From: Mantamonas sphyraenae STR306
Lineage: Eukaryota; Protista; CRuMs
NCBI GenBank assembly: GCA_026936335.1
Contig: JAPMXV010000032.1
Coordinates: 124,001 to 188,000, forward strand
DNA: 64,000 bases
Direction of reading: 5' to 3'
Position numbers and translations under genes: made by a program. This document shows, piece by piece, positions 32,689 through 45,050 of the stretch. The notes under the pieces were generated by a model. It saw only the letters and a list, made by a program, of their open reading frames with translations. It was not told where the DNA came from and did no database searches. Each line of letters starts with the position of its first letter. Within the stretch, counting starts at the first letter, position 1.

Positions 32689-34698
32689 ATGAGCACGACA
32701 CTGGAGCTGGCGGCGACAAACCGCACAGATGAAATGAAGAAGCTGCTGAGCAAAGGGATTGCCGTGGACCTGCAAGATCCAAACACGTTGAACACGCCGT
32801 TGCACATTGCAGCGTTCCACGGGCGTCTGGGAATGGTGGAGACGTTGTTGGAGATGGGCTCACGGGCAGACATTCCCAATTTGAACAAGCGTACTGCGCT
32901 GTGCTCCGCGTTGACGTCGAATCAGGAGGATGCAGTGATTGCGGAGGTGGTAAAGGTGATGCTGCGGTTTGGAGTGGACGCCAACCACGCGGTGAACATT
33001 CAAGGAGACCGTGGACTGCATCTGGCAGCGAGCAACGGGCTGGTGCGCACGTGTGCGGTGTTGTTGAAGGGAGGGGCGGACTGTGGAGCGAGGAACAACG
33101 ACAGCAACACGGCGCTGACGGCAGCAGTGAAGCACTGCCTGACACACGGACGCGGGAGGGAGCTATCCACGTACCTGGTGGTTGTGGTGATGCTCCTGCG
33201 CATGGGTGCAGATCCAAACACGGCTTGTGGGTACAACGAAGAGACGGCTCTGCATCTGGCTGTGCGGGAGCAGCACGAGCCGCTGGTGGCCATTTTGCTG
33301 CACTTCCGAGCGTCGACAAAGGCGATGAACGCAAACGGAGAGACGGTGGCACAAATGCTGCAGCTGGAAGACGTACAATCATACGATGACGACGAAGAGG
33401 AGGAAGACGAGGAGCAGGCAGCGTCGGACCGGCAGGAGGCGGAAGCGGCGTTGCAGGACTGGTTGGCGAGGCTGAAACGGGTCGACTGGCTGCACAGCAC
33501 GGCGGGGGAACGCATCTTGGCAGGTGAGTGAAGACAGAGAGCTTGGGGGTGGTGGGGGGTGAGGGGTGAGGTGAGGGGGGGTTACGGAGGGAAGAAGACT
33601 AGGAAGGGAAGGTGGTGGGAGAGGCTGCGGGGGATTTGGAAGGAGCGAGAGTGCGGTAATTGACACGAGTGAGAGAAGTGGAGCAAGGACGAGGGAAGGA
33701 GTGTGTAGACGCTGACTGTATTCGCAAATGGACACATCACAGCGGCTAAGCAAGTTCTGGAGGAAACAAATGTGGAACTGCCAGCGGAAGGGAACAACGA
33801 GGACAAGGGCGAGGGAGGGAGCAGCAGCAGCGGGGGCAGCAGCAGTGGAATGAGCAGCAGTAGCAACAGCAGTGTGAATCGACAGCAACAGGACAGACAG
33901 AACAGAGAACGGGCAAGTGCCACGTTCCAGGAACTTCAGAATGCACAGGGGCGGCTTGTGGAGCTGCAGCACGAACTGCGTGAAAAGCAGCAGGAGCAGC
34001 GGTCGCTGGCGAACGACAAGAAGCGGATTGAGGAGCTGAATGCAGAGCTTGTGCGGCAATCCAACGCAGTGGCGGAGCAGCAAACACAGCTATGGCAGCA
34101 TCTGAAGGAGGAGCAGCAGCGACAGCGGGAAAACCTGCAGCTGCTGCAGGAGACACGGGCAGAGAGGGAGATGTTGCAGCAGCAGGTGGCTGTGTTGCAG
34201 AACAGGCTGGCTTCGGCCGAAGAACAGAACAGGGAGCTGCGGAGTGAGCTGCAGAGCGAACGGGAGGCGCGAGAGGTGAACGCAGCGATGTTGAAGAGCG
34301 TGCACGAGACGGTGATGTCACGAGGGACGGGCTCGTCGTCGTCATCGTCGTCCAACAACGCAGGGGATGGAGGTGAACTGGAAGATTTTGAGAGCCTGGA
34401 CGAGGACGTGACGATGGAGGAGCTGAAGCGAGCAGACTTTACAAAGTACAGCGTGGGGTCGCTGAACACCATGTTGGCGACGCTATCGTCGCTTTCAGCG
34501 TCTGTAGCGGCAGCCATGACCACAAGAAAGGATGTGACGAGGCTTCAGTGCTCGGTGTGCTTTGAGAACGACGTGGACACGCATCTGGGAGGGTGCACTC
34601 ACTTGTTCTGCAGCAACTGTGTGAGGATGCTGCGCAAGAAGGAATGTCCACAGTGCCGTGCGCCGTTTGACCACACCACAAAGGTGATTTTTTCGTGA
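32689..34698 (+). CDS. Ankyrin repeat + coiled-coil + C-terminal C3HC4 RING protein (putative E3 ligase); intron 33524..33742
   Basis: TPLHIAA/TALHLAV ankyrin repeats; phase-1 GTGAGT...CAG intron joins the two ORFs; CSVC...CTHLFCSNC...CPQCR. Confidence 0.85.
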
Positions 34699-34753
34699 GT
34701 GGAATGAACCTCTGTTGCGCGCTGTGGGAGCCAACCTTTTGGAAAAGCAAGCG

Positions 34754-35850
34754 ATGGCGACGGCGTGCCGTTCCTGCTCGGTTGCTTTTGACGGGGATCA
34801 GCACAAGGCATTCAAGCAGAGGTGCGGGGATGTGCTGTGTGGACAATGCATCTACAAGCTGAATAGTGACGGCCCAGGATTGTACGAGTGTCCGGTATGC
34901 AGCGAGACGGTCCAGTGGCGACAAAACAAGCGGCAGCCTCGGCTGGAAGGAGCCCAGCAGCAGGAGGGGCGCGGGGGGCGAAAGAAGGGTGTGCGCAAGG
35001 AGAACAAAGGACAACAGCAGCAGAAGGAACAACAACAACACAACACGACACATCCAAGCCAGCGTGCGCAGGTCCGGTCACGGGAGCGTGGTGCTCGAGC
35101 GGCGGAATCAGGAACACGGTTGTCTTCCCACGGCACAGGGGCGAGCAAGGCAGCACGGCGAACCGAACGGACACGGCGACGGGTGGCGACACACAAGGAA
35201 CAAAGCGAGAGCAAGTCGAGGGTACGCGTGCGAGTTGGACCGCTGCCACAGTGGCTGTGCAACGAGTGTGGACTGGCAAACTCGAGCGCAGGGGAGCTTG
35301 CTCTGCACCAAACACGTCAACACCCGCCCATGATGGAGTCGCCACGTGGAATGGGGCGCACACAGGAGGGCACACATATCAGGTCAAGCGAGGAGGGCCA
35401 CATGGAGAGCAGGCGGGACAGGGTGAAGGAGGAGGGAAACCACAACGTGGAGAGCGGAGGCAAGGCCATTCGTTTCTCAGGCCGTCGGCCTCGTTTGTTT
35501 GGCGACCAGGATCCTGTCCTGTCCAAGTTTCAGGGGCTGATGAACAAGATATCGCCCGAAAACTTCCAGCGCATCCTGAACGCAATGCTACAGCTGGAGA
35601 TGCGCAGTGTGGCTGTGATGAGGCAGGTTGTGGAACTTTTGGTGGCCAAATCGATGCGCGACCACGCCTACGGCCAGCTGTACGCTGTGCTGTGTGCACA
35701 GCTGCTGAAGAACATGAAGCCTGTGGTGGACGAGTCATCAGGAGAACAGACGAGCATGCGACACATGTTTGTGGAACACTGTGAGAGTTTGTTCTCCAAG
35801 CCACCCGAGCTGACAGCTTTGGGCAAAGGCGGGATAGAGACCTTGGATTA

Positions 35851-35892
<42 letters not shown>

Positions 35893-36757
35893 ATCCACAA
35901 CGACGAGCACGTCAAACACGACGAGCACGACGAGTTCTTCTTCGTCGTCGTCGTCGTCTGGGAGCTGGAGTGCGGGATCGTCGTCGTCTTCGTCGTCTTT
36001 ATCGGCTTCTTCATCGTCAACGTCTTCATCGTCGCGGTCCTCGGCACCAGTGGGATACGACATGGAACAGTTTGAACAGGAACAGAACGCAAAGCATCTG
36101 TACCGCGGACTGATGGTGTTTGCAGGCAATGTGTTTATGGAAGGCGTGCTGGGAGTGTCTGTTGTGTGCTCGTGTGTGACGCAGCACATCACAGCGATGC
36201 GAGAGCTGCTAGAGCAGGTGGGAGAGGAGGAAGGAGAGGAAAGGCAAGACAAGGAGCGCGAGGACGAGGAGAACCAGCAGCACGAAACGCTGTTTCAGCT
36301 GGACAGCCACGTGGAGTCGCTGTGTTCGCTGCTGAGCACCGCCGGGAAGCAGTTGGAACAGACCTCATCATCGTTTGTGGAGGATGCCTTTGCAGCGTTG
36401 GAGCAGGTGCGCATGCACAGCCACTTGCCGTTGAGGTTGCGCTACCTGCTGCAGGACCTGGTGGATCTGCGCGGCAACGGCTGGGAGCCGCGCAGCAAGC
36501 AGGAGATGCCCACGCCGTTGCGAAGCGAGCGCTGGAGTTCAGATGTGCGTTCTCGAGGACCATCGCGTCGTCTGAGCAACGGACTGGGGCAGATGCGGCA
36601 GATTCATCGCAAGTGCGCGAGCGCAAATCACACCTCGGGCGAAGCCGGTGGACGGCTGCGTCCCTCGGCTAGCATGAACTCGATTGCCAGCGAGTGTTCG
36701 GACTCGGGCAGCGAGAGCGATGATCCGGACACACCAAACAAGCAACAGGAAGATTGA
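34754..36757 (+). CDS. RING-like + C2H2 zinc finger + MIF4G (eIF4G-type) protein, interrupted by an in-frame TAG at 35849..35851
   Basis: FQGLMNKISPENF, YGQLYAVLC, GLMVFAGNVF, VESLCSLLSTAGKQLE, RLRYLLQDLVDLRGNGW. ORFs 34715..35851 and 36050..36757 are in the same frame. Confidence 0.75.
35851..35892 (+). repeat. (GAC/ACG)n microsatellite, about 13-14 units
   Basis: Perfect trinucleotide run directly after the in-frame TAG. Confidence 0.95.
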
Positions 36758-36810
36758 ATGGGGAAGCGCGAGGGGGTTCAGCACAAAGAATGCACCATAT
36801 TGTTGCACAC

Positions 36811-36984
36811 ATGGCCAAGAACGGCGAGGAGTCGCGAGTGCGGGGTCGCTTGACACGACGCACGAGCTCGCGCCTGCGTGCCAAAGCGGAAGCAAGTGAA
36901 GAGGAGCAGCCAGAGGGGCTGAGCTCGATCACCAACCAGCTTGACCAATCGACCCCTCGTCGCTCTCGCGCCACTCAGAAGAAG

Positions 36985-37028
<44 letters not shown>

Positions 37029-37335
37029 GAGAAGCAGCAGCAGTGGTGCGCAAAGCAAGACGGCCAAGAGCACTCGCAAGAGCAGCAGCAGCAGCAGCAG
37101 CAGCCGTGGTGAGACGCGGTCAGGAACTCGAGGAACGTCCACACGTCAGACGCGCACACGACGCACACGCGCGCAAAAAGAGGAAGACCAGGAGCAGATT
37201 CTCGAAGAATCCATGGAAGAGGAGAATGTGGAGGGGGAACAAGACGATATGGAGCAGGAGAACACGCCTGTGCGGGCTGGTAAGCGGAAATCGCGCGCAA
37301 AATCCGCCAACGTCACTCGAGGCGCCTCGGCCGCA

Positions 37336-37372
<37 letters not shown>

Positions 37373-38619
37373 CCAACGTGAAAGCAAAGGGCAAAGGCAA
37401 GGCCAAGAGCAGCGCATCGAGTGGCAGCAGCGCCAAGGAGCCCAAGAGCAACAAGCCGCTGCACCCGATGATCCGCACGGGGCTGCCGATGGACCAAGTG
37501 CCACCAAAGAACCGAAGCAATCTCACAGCAGCGAAGCGACGCAAGTTTATCAAGGAAGTGTCGCCTCAGGACCAGATCCGGGCCATTGCCGTTGAACAGA
37601 TGGTTGGCCAGTCGGTGATCAATGGCAACTTTGAGCTTCTGAAGCACGTGGGCCAGGGAGCATTTGGCCACGTGTTCTCCGCGCGAGATCAACACACAAA
37701 CAAAGTGGTGGCTGTCAAGGTGGAGCCAGGCGACAGCGTGGCGCCCCAGCTGCTCACCGAGACCGGGACGCTAAAGTCGCTGCGGCTTGCAGCCAAACAG
37801 AGCGGAGTCAAACCATGTTTTCCTCGCTACATCATGCATGCACCCAGGCAAACATTTGATGGACTCTTTGGCGACTTCAAGGTGATGGCCATGGACATTC
37901 TGGGTGACAATCTGGAGTCGCTGTTTCACAAACATCGCCGAAGCGAAGACACAGGTCTGGCCGATGAGACCATTGTGCAGCTGGGGTACCGCATGGTGGA
38001 CACGTTGCAGCGCATGCACGCCATGGGATACCTGCATCGCGACCTGAAACCGGCAAACATCATGACTGGGTACGCGGGTGACAGCGACACCATCTACTTG
38101 GTGGACTTTGGCCTGTGTCAGTCCATGCGCATGATGGAAAAACTCATGAAGGGCAACCAGCCGCCGCAGGCCATGGTGGGCACGCCTGCCTTTGTCTCAC
38201 TGGCCATCCACGACGGCATCCACAGTCACGCCCTGGACGATCTGCAGAGCATGGGCTTTGTGCTCTTGTACCTGAGTACAGGCTTCCTCCCGTGGATGGA
38301 AGAGTTGCGAGAGCGCAAGGGTCTGTCTGAACTCCAGCGCTACGAAGTGATGGCCGAGGGGAAGCGTCAGCTCTTGGCCGACAACGCTTGCGGCGACGCG
38401 CCCCAAGTGATTTTCGAGTTTCTGCACGCCTGTCAGGATGCAAACCGTTCTGCAAAGGTCGACTACAAGGCGTTGCAAGGTCTGTTTGCAACCTACGCCA
38501 AGGAGACCGGGGTCGACGTGCAAGCACCGTTTGCCTGGGATCAGGGCACAAAGCGCTCGTCGTCGTCGTCCAGCACGACGAATGGATCAAACGGTGGGCG
38601 CAAGAAGAGGCGGCGATGA
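36811..38619 (+). CDS. Casein kinase 1-superfamily kinase (CK1/VRK/TTBK-like) with long S/K/R-rich N-terminus
   Basis: VGQGAFG, VAVKVE, MDILGDNLE, HRDLKPAN, LVDFGL, GTPAFVS, DDLQSMG, LPW. Confidence 0.9.
36988..37026 (+). repeat. (AGC)n microsatellite encoding poly-Ser; similar runs near 37081, 37339, 53797 and 56523
   Basis: Direct reading. Confidence 0.9.
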
Positions 38620-38700
38620 GTGGCAGGGTGAGTATGCACAGCACAGGTGTGTTATGGGGGCGGATGCCCGGAGGGAAACAACAAAAGTCACGCACGCATC

Positions 38701-40310
38701 ATGAGCGGGTCTCCACCTGGGACGATTGACCTGGATGTGTACATTGTGCCAGTAAGCATCGTGGTGATGATGCTCATTTTCTTGGCGCTGCTCATGGAAG
38801 TGTTGACGGACAAGGTGGAGCGGCTGCTTTACAAGCGGGCCAAACACCTACTCATCATGTTCCGGAAGATGTACAAGCAGCTGATGATCTTGGGACTGTG
38901 CTCTTTCTTCCTGGTGGTGGAACAGGACGGTCGATTTGTGTCCAGTCTGGTGAAAGACGTGCAGATCGAGCGGCGGCTCTTTGATTTCATCCACGCCACG
39001 CTATTTGTGAGCATGCTGGTGTACGCGTGCATCGTGCTCTTTCTCATGTTGGTCAATGTAAACGTGTCGCGCGTGTGGCGCTCGTATGAGACGCTGGATC
39101 CGAGTAAGTGCGACCGAACGGGGCGGTGGAAGTTTGCCAAACGTCCCGTTTCCCTCTTCTGCGTGTGTGCAAGGCTGACACGCACCCGCACAGCGCTGGT
39201 GCGCTTTGACTGGGAGGGCATGGAGGAGCGCATGCGTGGTATGAATGTGATCACGAGCACACTGAATGTGAGCCTAATGCACCAGTGGCGAGTTGCCAGA
39301 GACAAGAAGCGCTTCCACGACCTTCGCGTCAAGTTTATCATGGACAATTCGCTCAGCGATCGCTTCGACTTTTCCCGATACCTGCGTATCTGCATGCGCA
39401 AGCTGGTGGTGCAGCTTGTTGAGGTGCACTGGAGCGTGTGGCTGGCGTTTGTCGTCCTGCTTTCGCTTGTGCTGATTCGCAAGGTTGCCGGCCTGAATCT
39501 GACCAACACAGACATTGCTGTGGAGTTTGTGGTGTCGGGATATGTCATGATGCTTCTCAACCTCATTGTGTGGTGGAAGTGCGAGCAAATTCTGAGCCGT
39601 GTGGTGAGCAAGCGCTCGGGGCTGCTGGTGCACCAGGACTCGTTTCTGGAGGCCGGGACCATGGGTAGCTCAAGCGCAGCCAACCCATGGGGCTCGTCCA
39701 CCGACGAGGAAGAGTATCGTCGCTTCGACTCCACATACGGTGTGTACAAGAACATGGACTACGACAGCGGGCTTCCGTCGGGCAGTTCGGCAAGTGCGTA
39801 CGACAGCACCACGAGCGGGTTTGCGACGGATTACGACAGCGGAGAGATGGAGCAGGGACGGGAGGGAAGAGGACGAAGCAACTCGACGGGAAGCAAGTGG
39901 TGGTCGTGTCTGGTGCCTGGGGATGGCGGCAGCTCACGTGGCAGCTCGCGCAGCAGCGGTCAGGGAGCAGACAAGAATCCGCAAAAGCGCATGTTTTGGT
40001 TTGCGTCGCCCATTCTGATTGTGCGCTTCATGCAATTCCAGCTGGTGTTGCAAACCGTGTACATCCCGCTCAACTTTACCCACTTTTACAACGTGTACGC
40101 AGACCCTGGCGCCAACGTCCTGTACAATTTCCTCGTGCTCATCCCGTTTATTGTGTGCGTGTTTGTGGTCACGCCTATGCTGCTGCCTGTGCTGACCATC
40201 TCCACCTCGGTGGGAGACCTGTTCCAAAAGGATGCGTGCAGCAGGTGCTGCAGAAGCAGCCCGAGGAGATGGAGCACTATTCCCGCGACGACCGCCACAA
40301 CGTGTGGTGA
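38701..40310 (+). CDS. MLO-like seven-TM protein; intron 39104..39193; apparent frameshift ~40235
   Basis: KMYKQLMILGLCSF, IHATLF, FDFSRYL, VEVHWSVW, FWFASP..IVRFMQF pattern of the MLO family. Confidence 0.7.
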
Positions 40311-40322
40311 TGTGCGTGACGG

Positions 40323-41439
40323 CTACATGACGGCGCCGTACGCTGCGGTGCCTTTGAGCTCCTGAGAGGCCTTGCCGGGCCAGAACGTGTACTTTGTGCA
40401 CAGAGCGAGGAGGATGGACTGAAGAGTCATGGAGATGACAGTGGGCAGCCACACTGTGGTTGCTTCTTGGTTGATGACGGCGTTGAAATACACAAATACG
40501 ATCGCCCCAAAGACCTGCACCGTGAGAGTGACCATGCTCAAGGAGCCGACCTGCTTGAGCTGGAATGTCGTGATAATTTGGGGCAGGAAAATAGGCACCG
40601 TCAACACGCCGGAGGTCAGACCCACAGCCTCGGCGTAGTCAGCTGTCAGGATGCTGGCAATGCCAGCAGAGATGGCGACGATGGTGCTGGCCAACACGAG
40701 GGCCACCACAAACGTCCAGAACACAATGAGGATCTTGCGTAGGCGACTCCTATCCACGTGTGCCAAGCGTTGCCACCAGGTAGAGGCAGAGTCGCCCAGA
40801 CGGTCAACTGATGAGTAGTTGCGGTGTGCGCCAAGGAGCGGGTCGAAACTGCCGCCCTCGTCGTTGCTCTCCTCTTCGAAATACACACTGTACAGCACCA
40901 ATGTCACCACAATGGCCATGAATTGGAGCACATATTGGATGTGACCAAGCAGGCCAACCATGCACAATCCTGTGGACTGTCTCCAGCGCGAGTGCGTTAG
41001 TGGCAAGCCCTCTCGCGGCCTTTGCAGGACCATGTTCAACCCAAGAGGCAGCATCGAACGGCGTGTGCGAAACGGCAAAGTGTGAAGCGGTACAGCCGCC
41101 GAAAGCAGGCGTACCCGAGTGGCAATGGACGTGGCACGGCGGGAAGGAACGAGGCGCGTCGACAACTCGCTGGAGAAAGGGGCCACTCACCAGCGTGGCG
41201 CAGCAGGTGACTCGGTCCCACTGACTCAGAAAGATGTTGACGACGGTCAGCCAGGCGGTGGTGGCTTGCAATAGGATGGTGAGCAAGGAGAGGCCCATGG
41301 AGGAACGCGCCTTGTAAATGGCAATGTGCTGTGGCACGTACGAGCCCACGAGACCCACGACGAGCACAGTGCCGACCAAAATGTCGAATGTGGTCGAATC
41401 TGGAGGAGTGCACGACGGGACGAGAGTAGCGTCGACCAT
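40323..41439 (-). CDS. PQ-loop repeat transporter; intron 40977..41190
   Basis: SYVPQHIAIYKARSSMGLS and FLPQIITTFQLKQVGSLS; seven TM segments. Confidence 0.9.
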
Positions 41440-41502
41440 TGGGTTGGAAGACGAAGGATGGTGGGGGTTGGGTGCTGCGTCGCTGCAACCACCCAAGCAG
41501 CC

Positions 41503-44500
41503 ATGTCCAAGCGTAAGCGAGAGTCACTGGAGACGGATTTGGCGTTGCAAACACTGTCGGGCACTGTGGGTGGAGGGAAATCAGGCCGAGGAAGGCGTAG
41601 CGGAGGCAAGGGCCGGCGCAACAAACAAGGCGATGCAGAGGCTGCGGCCGAATTGACACTGGACGTGATCCAGTCGCTGGGGGGCTCTGCAGCGGACTTG
41701 GACCTGTTGCGAGACGTGGATAATAACAACGATGAAGGGAAGGAGCGTGTAAGGGACAAGGTGAAGCTTTCGAGCTCGGAGGAGGCGGCGCGAGCAAAGG
41801 AGCTGCAGCTGGATCTGGCGGCCGAGTTGCAAGGGATGTTGGGAGAGCATGGCCTGGACCGCAAGGCGCTGGCAGATGCACAGGTGATGGGTGGCAGCGA
41901 CGAGCGCAAGGAGCGCAAGAAGAAGGAGCGCAAAGAGCAGAGTGAAAAGAAGGAGAAGAAGGGCAAGCAGAGCGGGAAGGGAGTGGGAGCCGAGACGGAC
42001 GGCATGCACGTGGAGGACCGCTCGGGTGGCAAGAGCAAAGAAGCACAAGAGGAACGTAAGCAAACACAGCGCATGGCCAAACAGGACAAAGAGCAGAGCC
42101 GCACGCCGAAGCGACGCTCAGAGGGTGTGCTGCATGCAGGGGCGCCGAAAAGAACCACATTCGGAGCAGCGGACTCGGACAGCGAAGACGAGGACGAGCA
42201 GGCGCCGAAAAACAGGCGCAAGACAGGTACAGGCAGGGACAGGGCAAGCAGCAGCAGCAACACAGACAGTGAGAGCGTAGCCGTGTCGATCCCGGGCTTG
42301 GTGGCCTCGGACCCCAAGTACAAGGCGCCGTTTGTGGAGGGGGTCAACCAATTTGATTTGGAGGCGGAGGCAGCTTTCTGGCACGAGTACACTCTGCCGC
42401 CAAAGGCACTGGAGGGGGAAACTGTGAGCAACAAGGAGCGCAACCGACTGTGGCAGGCGGCCAAGGCGGAACACGAGCGGCTGATGGAGGCGTACGGCAA
42501 AGCGCAGAAGAGCAGCCGCACGGCAGACAGCAGGTGGCTGGGTACCATTATGAAGCAGGGTACGTTGACCGACAAGCTGGCAGCCATGAGTTTGGTGGTG
42601 CAGTCAAACCCAGTCAAGGCGCTGGAGACCCTGGACAACATCCTGCTGATCAGTGCCAAGAACGGTCGTCGCGAGTCGCTGCTGGCCACCGAGACGCTGC
42701 GTGACCTGTTTCTCAACTCGCTGCTGCCGAAAACACGCAAGCTGCGACGCTTTCGTGAGCAGCCGTTGACCAAGGAGATGCCTCTGACGTTTCTGGTGCT
42801 GTTTTACTTTGAGGATTGCTCAAGACGCGCTTCCTGGAGTATGTCAAGTCGCTGGAGACCGGCTCGTACGACACGGTGCTGCACGTGCGCAACAGCAGCC
42901 TCAAGACAATGGTGCTGCTGCTGACAACCGTGCCTGAGAACGAGCACCTGCTGCTGCCGATGATTGTGAACAAGCTTGGCGACAACGAGCGCAAGGTGGC
43001 GGCCAACGTGTCCTACCTCCTGTCGCAAGTGATCACCAAACACCCCAACATGAAGGCGGTGGTGGTGAAGGAGGTGGAACAGCTTCTGTTTCGTCCCAAC
43101 ATCGGCCAACGGGCACAGTACTACGGAGTCATCTTTTTGCAGCAAGTGCCCCTGACGGGCAACGACGGCGACCTGGCCACAAAGATGGTCTCTGTGTACT
43201 TTACTCTGTTTGAACAGGTGGTGAACAGGCGCAAGGACATGCGCACACGTATGCTGAGTGCTCTGCTGACCGGAGTCAATCGCGCACTGCCCTACGCCCC
43301 CGAGGACAACGCCGTGTTTGACGACAAGCTGGACGTCATGTTCAAACTCGTCCACATGGACAACTTCAACACAGCGGTGCAGGCCGTCATGCTGCTGTTC
43401 CAGGTCATGTCCAAGCGCATGAGCGTTTCGGACCGCTACTACCGCGCCCTGTACGACATGCTCATCTCGCCTCAGCTGCAGCATTCGTCCAAGCAAGCGC
43501 TCTTTCTTTCTCTTCTCTTCAAGTCGATGAAGGCAGACGTGTCCATGCCAAGGCTGATGGCCTTTTGCAAGCGCCTGCTCCAGGTCTGCGCCTACCAGCA
43601 GCCCAACTTTGTCTGTGGTGCCCTGATCATCCTTTCAGAGGTGATCAAGGTCAAGCCGCAGCTGCGTGCGCTCATCGACACGTCGCCTGTGCTTGCCGAC
43701 GACGACGTGGAGCACTTTCACGACGTGGATATTGCGGCCAACGAAGCCTCCAGTAGCAGCAGGGCCACCGAATACATCGCGGACATGATGGAGCAGGAGG
43801 CAAACAAGGCCACGGAAAGTGACAGCGATGCAGAGGACAGCAGCGACGAGGAGGCCGCTGCCAAGAAGGGCGGCAAGGGCGGCAAGGGCGGCAAGGATGG
43901 CAAAGAGACGTACGACGCAACAGCTCGGGAACCCAAGTATGCACACGCCGAGTCGTCGATCCTGTGGGAGCTTGCACAGATGCAGGAGCACTACCACCCG
44001 AGCGTGCAGGCGTTCTGTGCGCAGTTGCTGAACGGCAAGAGTGTGGACTACCGCGGTGATCCGCTGGTGGACTTTTCGGCCATGACGTTCCTGGATCGCT
44101 TTTCGTACAAGAACCCAAAGGCGTCGAAGCTGCGAGACCGGGGCAAGTCGGTGATGCAGCGTGCACAGACACGGCACACGCTGAAGGAGGCCGTTCCTGT
44201 GAACACGGACGAGTTTATCACGCAGGACGTGGAAGACGTCAGCAAACACGAGCAGTTCTTTCATGTGTACTTCCGACAGCAGCTGGAACGCAACCCGAAC
44301 TCGCGCAAGGAGAAGAAATCACGGGAGGACGGGTCGGACGACGAAGACCTCAGCGACGACGAGGCGGACGGATGGGACGAAGACGAAGTGGCGGCGGCAA
44401 TGTTTGGCGTGGATGGGGACGGAGGCGCACAGGGAGACGAGTTGGATGAGGGCGACTTTGGCGATGAGGAGCCCGCGGAGTTTGACTACGACGATCTGGG

Positions 44501-44972
44501 CGACGACGTGCTGGACGAGGACGAGGATGAACTGGGCGAACCAGACATGGACGACAAGTTGCTGGAGAAGGCCATGATGGACAGCGAGGACGAAGACGAG
44601 TCGGACGACGGCTTTGATATGATGGATGATCCGGGCTTTGAGTTTGATGACGACGAAGATGACGACGACGCAGGGCCTGCACGCAAGAAGAGCAAGAAGC
44701 AGCAGTTTAGCAGTGCATTTGCTCCGCTGAGTGACTTTGAGGAGCTGCTGGATCGCAAGCTGCTGGATGATGGCGGCTTGGGTAAGGGCAAGGGCAAAGG
44801 GAAGGGCAAGAAGGGCAGCGGGTTTTCATTTGGCCGCGACAGCTCGTCCTCGTCCTCATCCTCATCGTCCTCCAGCAAGCGTGGTGGACGACGTGGTGGT
44901 CGTGGCGGGCGAGGTGGCAAACGTGGAGGCGGGCGAGGACGTGGACGTGGAAAAGGAAAAGGACGGCGCTGA
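41503..44972 (+). CDS. CEBPZ: Ribosome biogenesis factor CEBPZ/NOC1/Mak21; apparent frameshift ~42817
   Basis: GTLTDKLAA, YFED.LK, VNKLGD, LLTGVNRALPY, DRYYRALY, REPKYA, HYHPSV, FLDRFSYKNPK, acidic tail. Confidence 0.92.
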
Positions 44973-45050
44973 AAGTGAGGGTGAAGACTGCACACACATA
45001 CACATACATTCTGGATGTGCTCCTCCTTCTGGCATCCCCATTTGTTTCTG

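Noticed and set aside
35849-35851. Alternative genetic code with TAG reassigned
   Set aside because: TAG ends other genes at natural positions (GT13 CPCA*, Clu-TPR, PQ-loop), and I saw no other internal TAG
35848-36252. Acidic/poly-Val ORF on the minus strand and a TM-looking alternative plus frame
   Set aside because: Translation artefacts of the Ser/Thr microsatellite region
40323-40365. Apparent CDS overlap between the MLO-like and PQ-loop genes
   Set aside because: It disappears once the ~40235 frameshift is corrected (stop at 40310)
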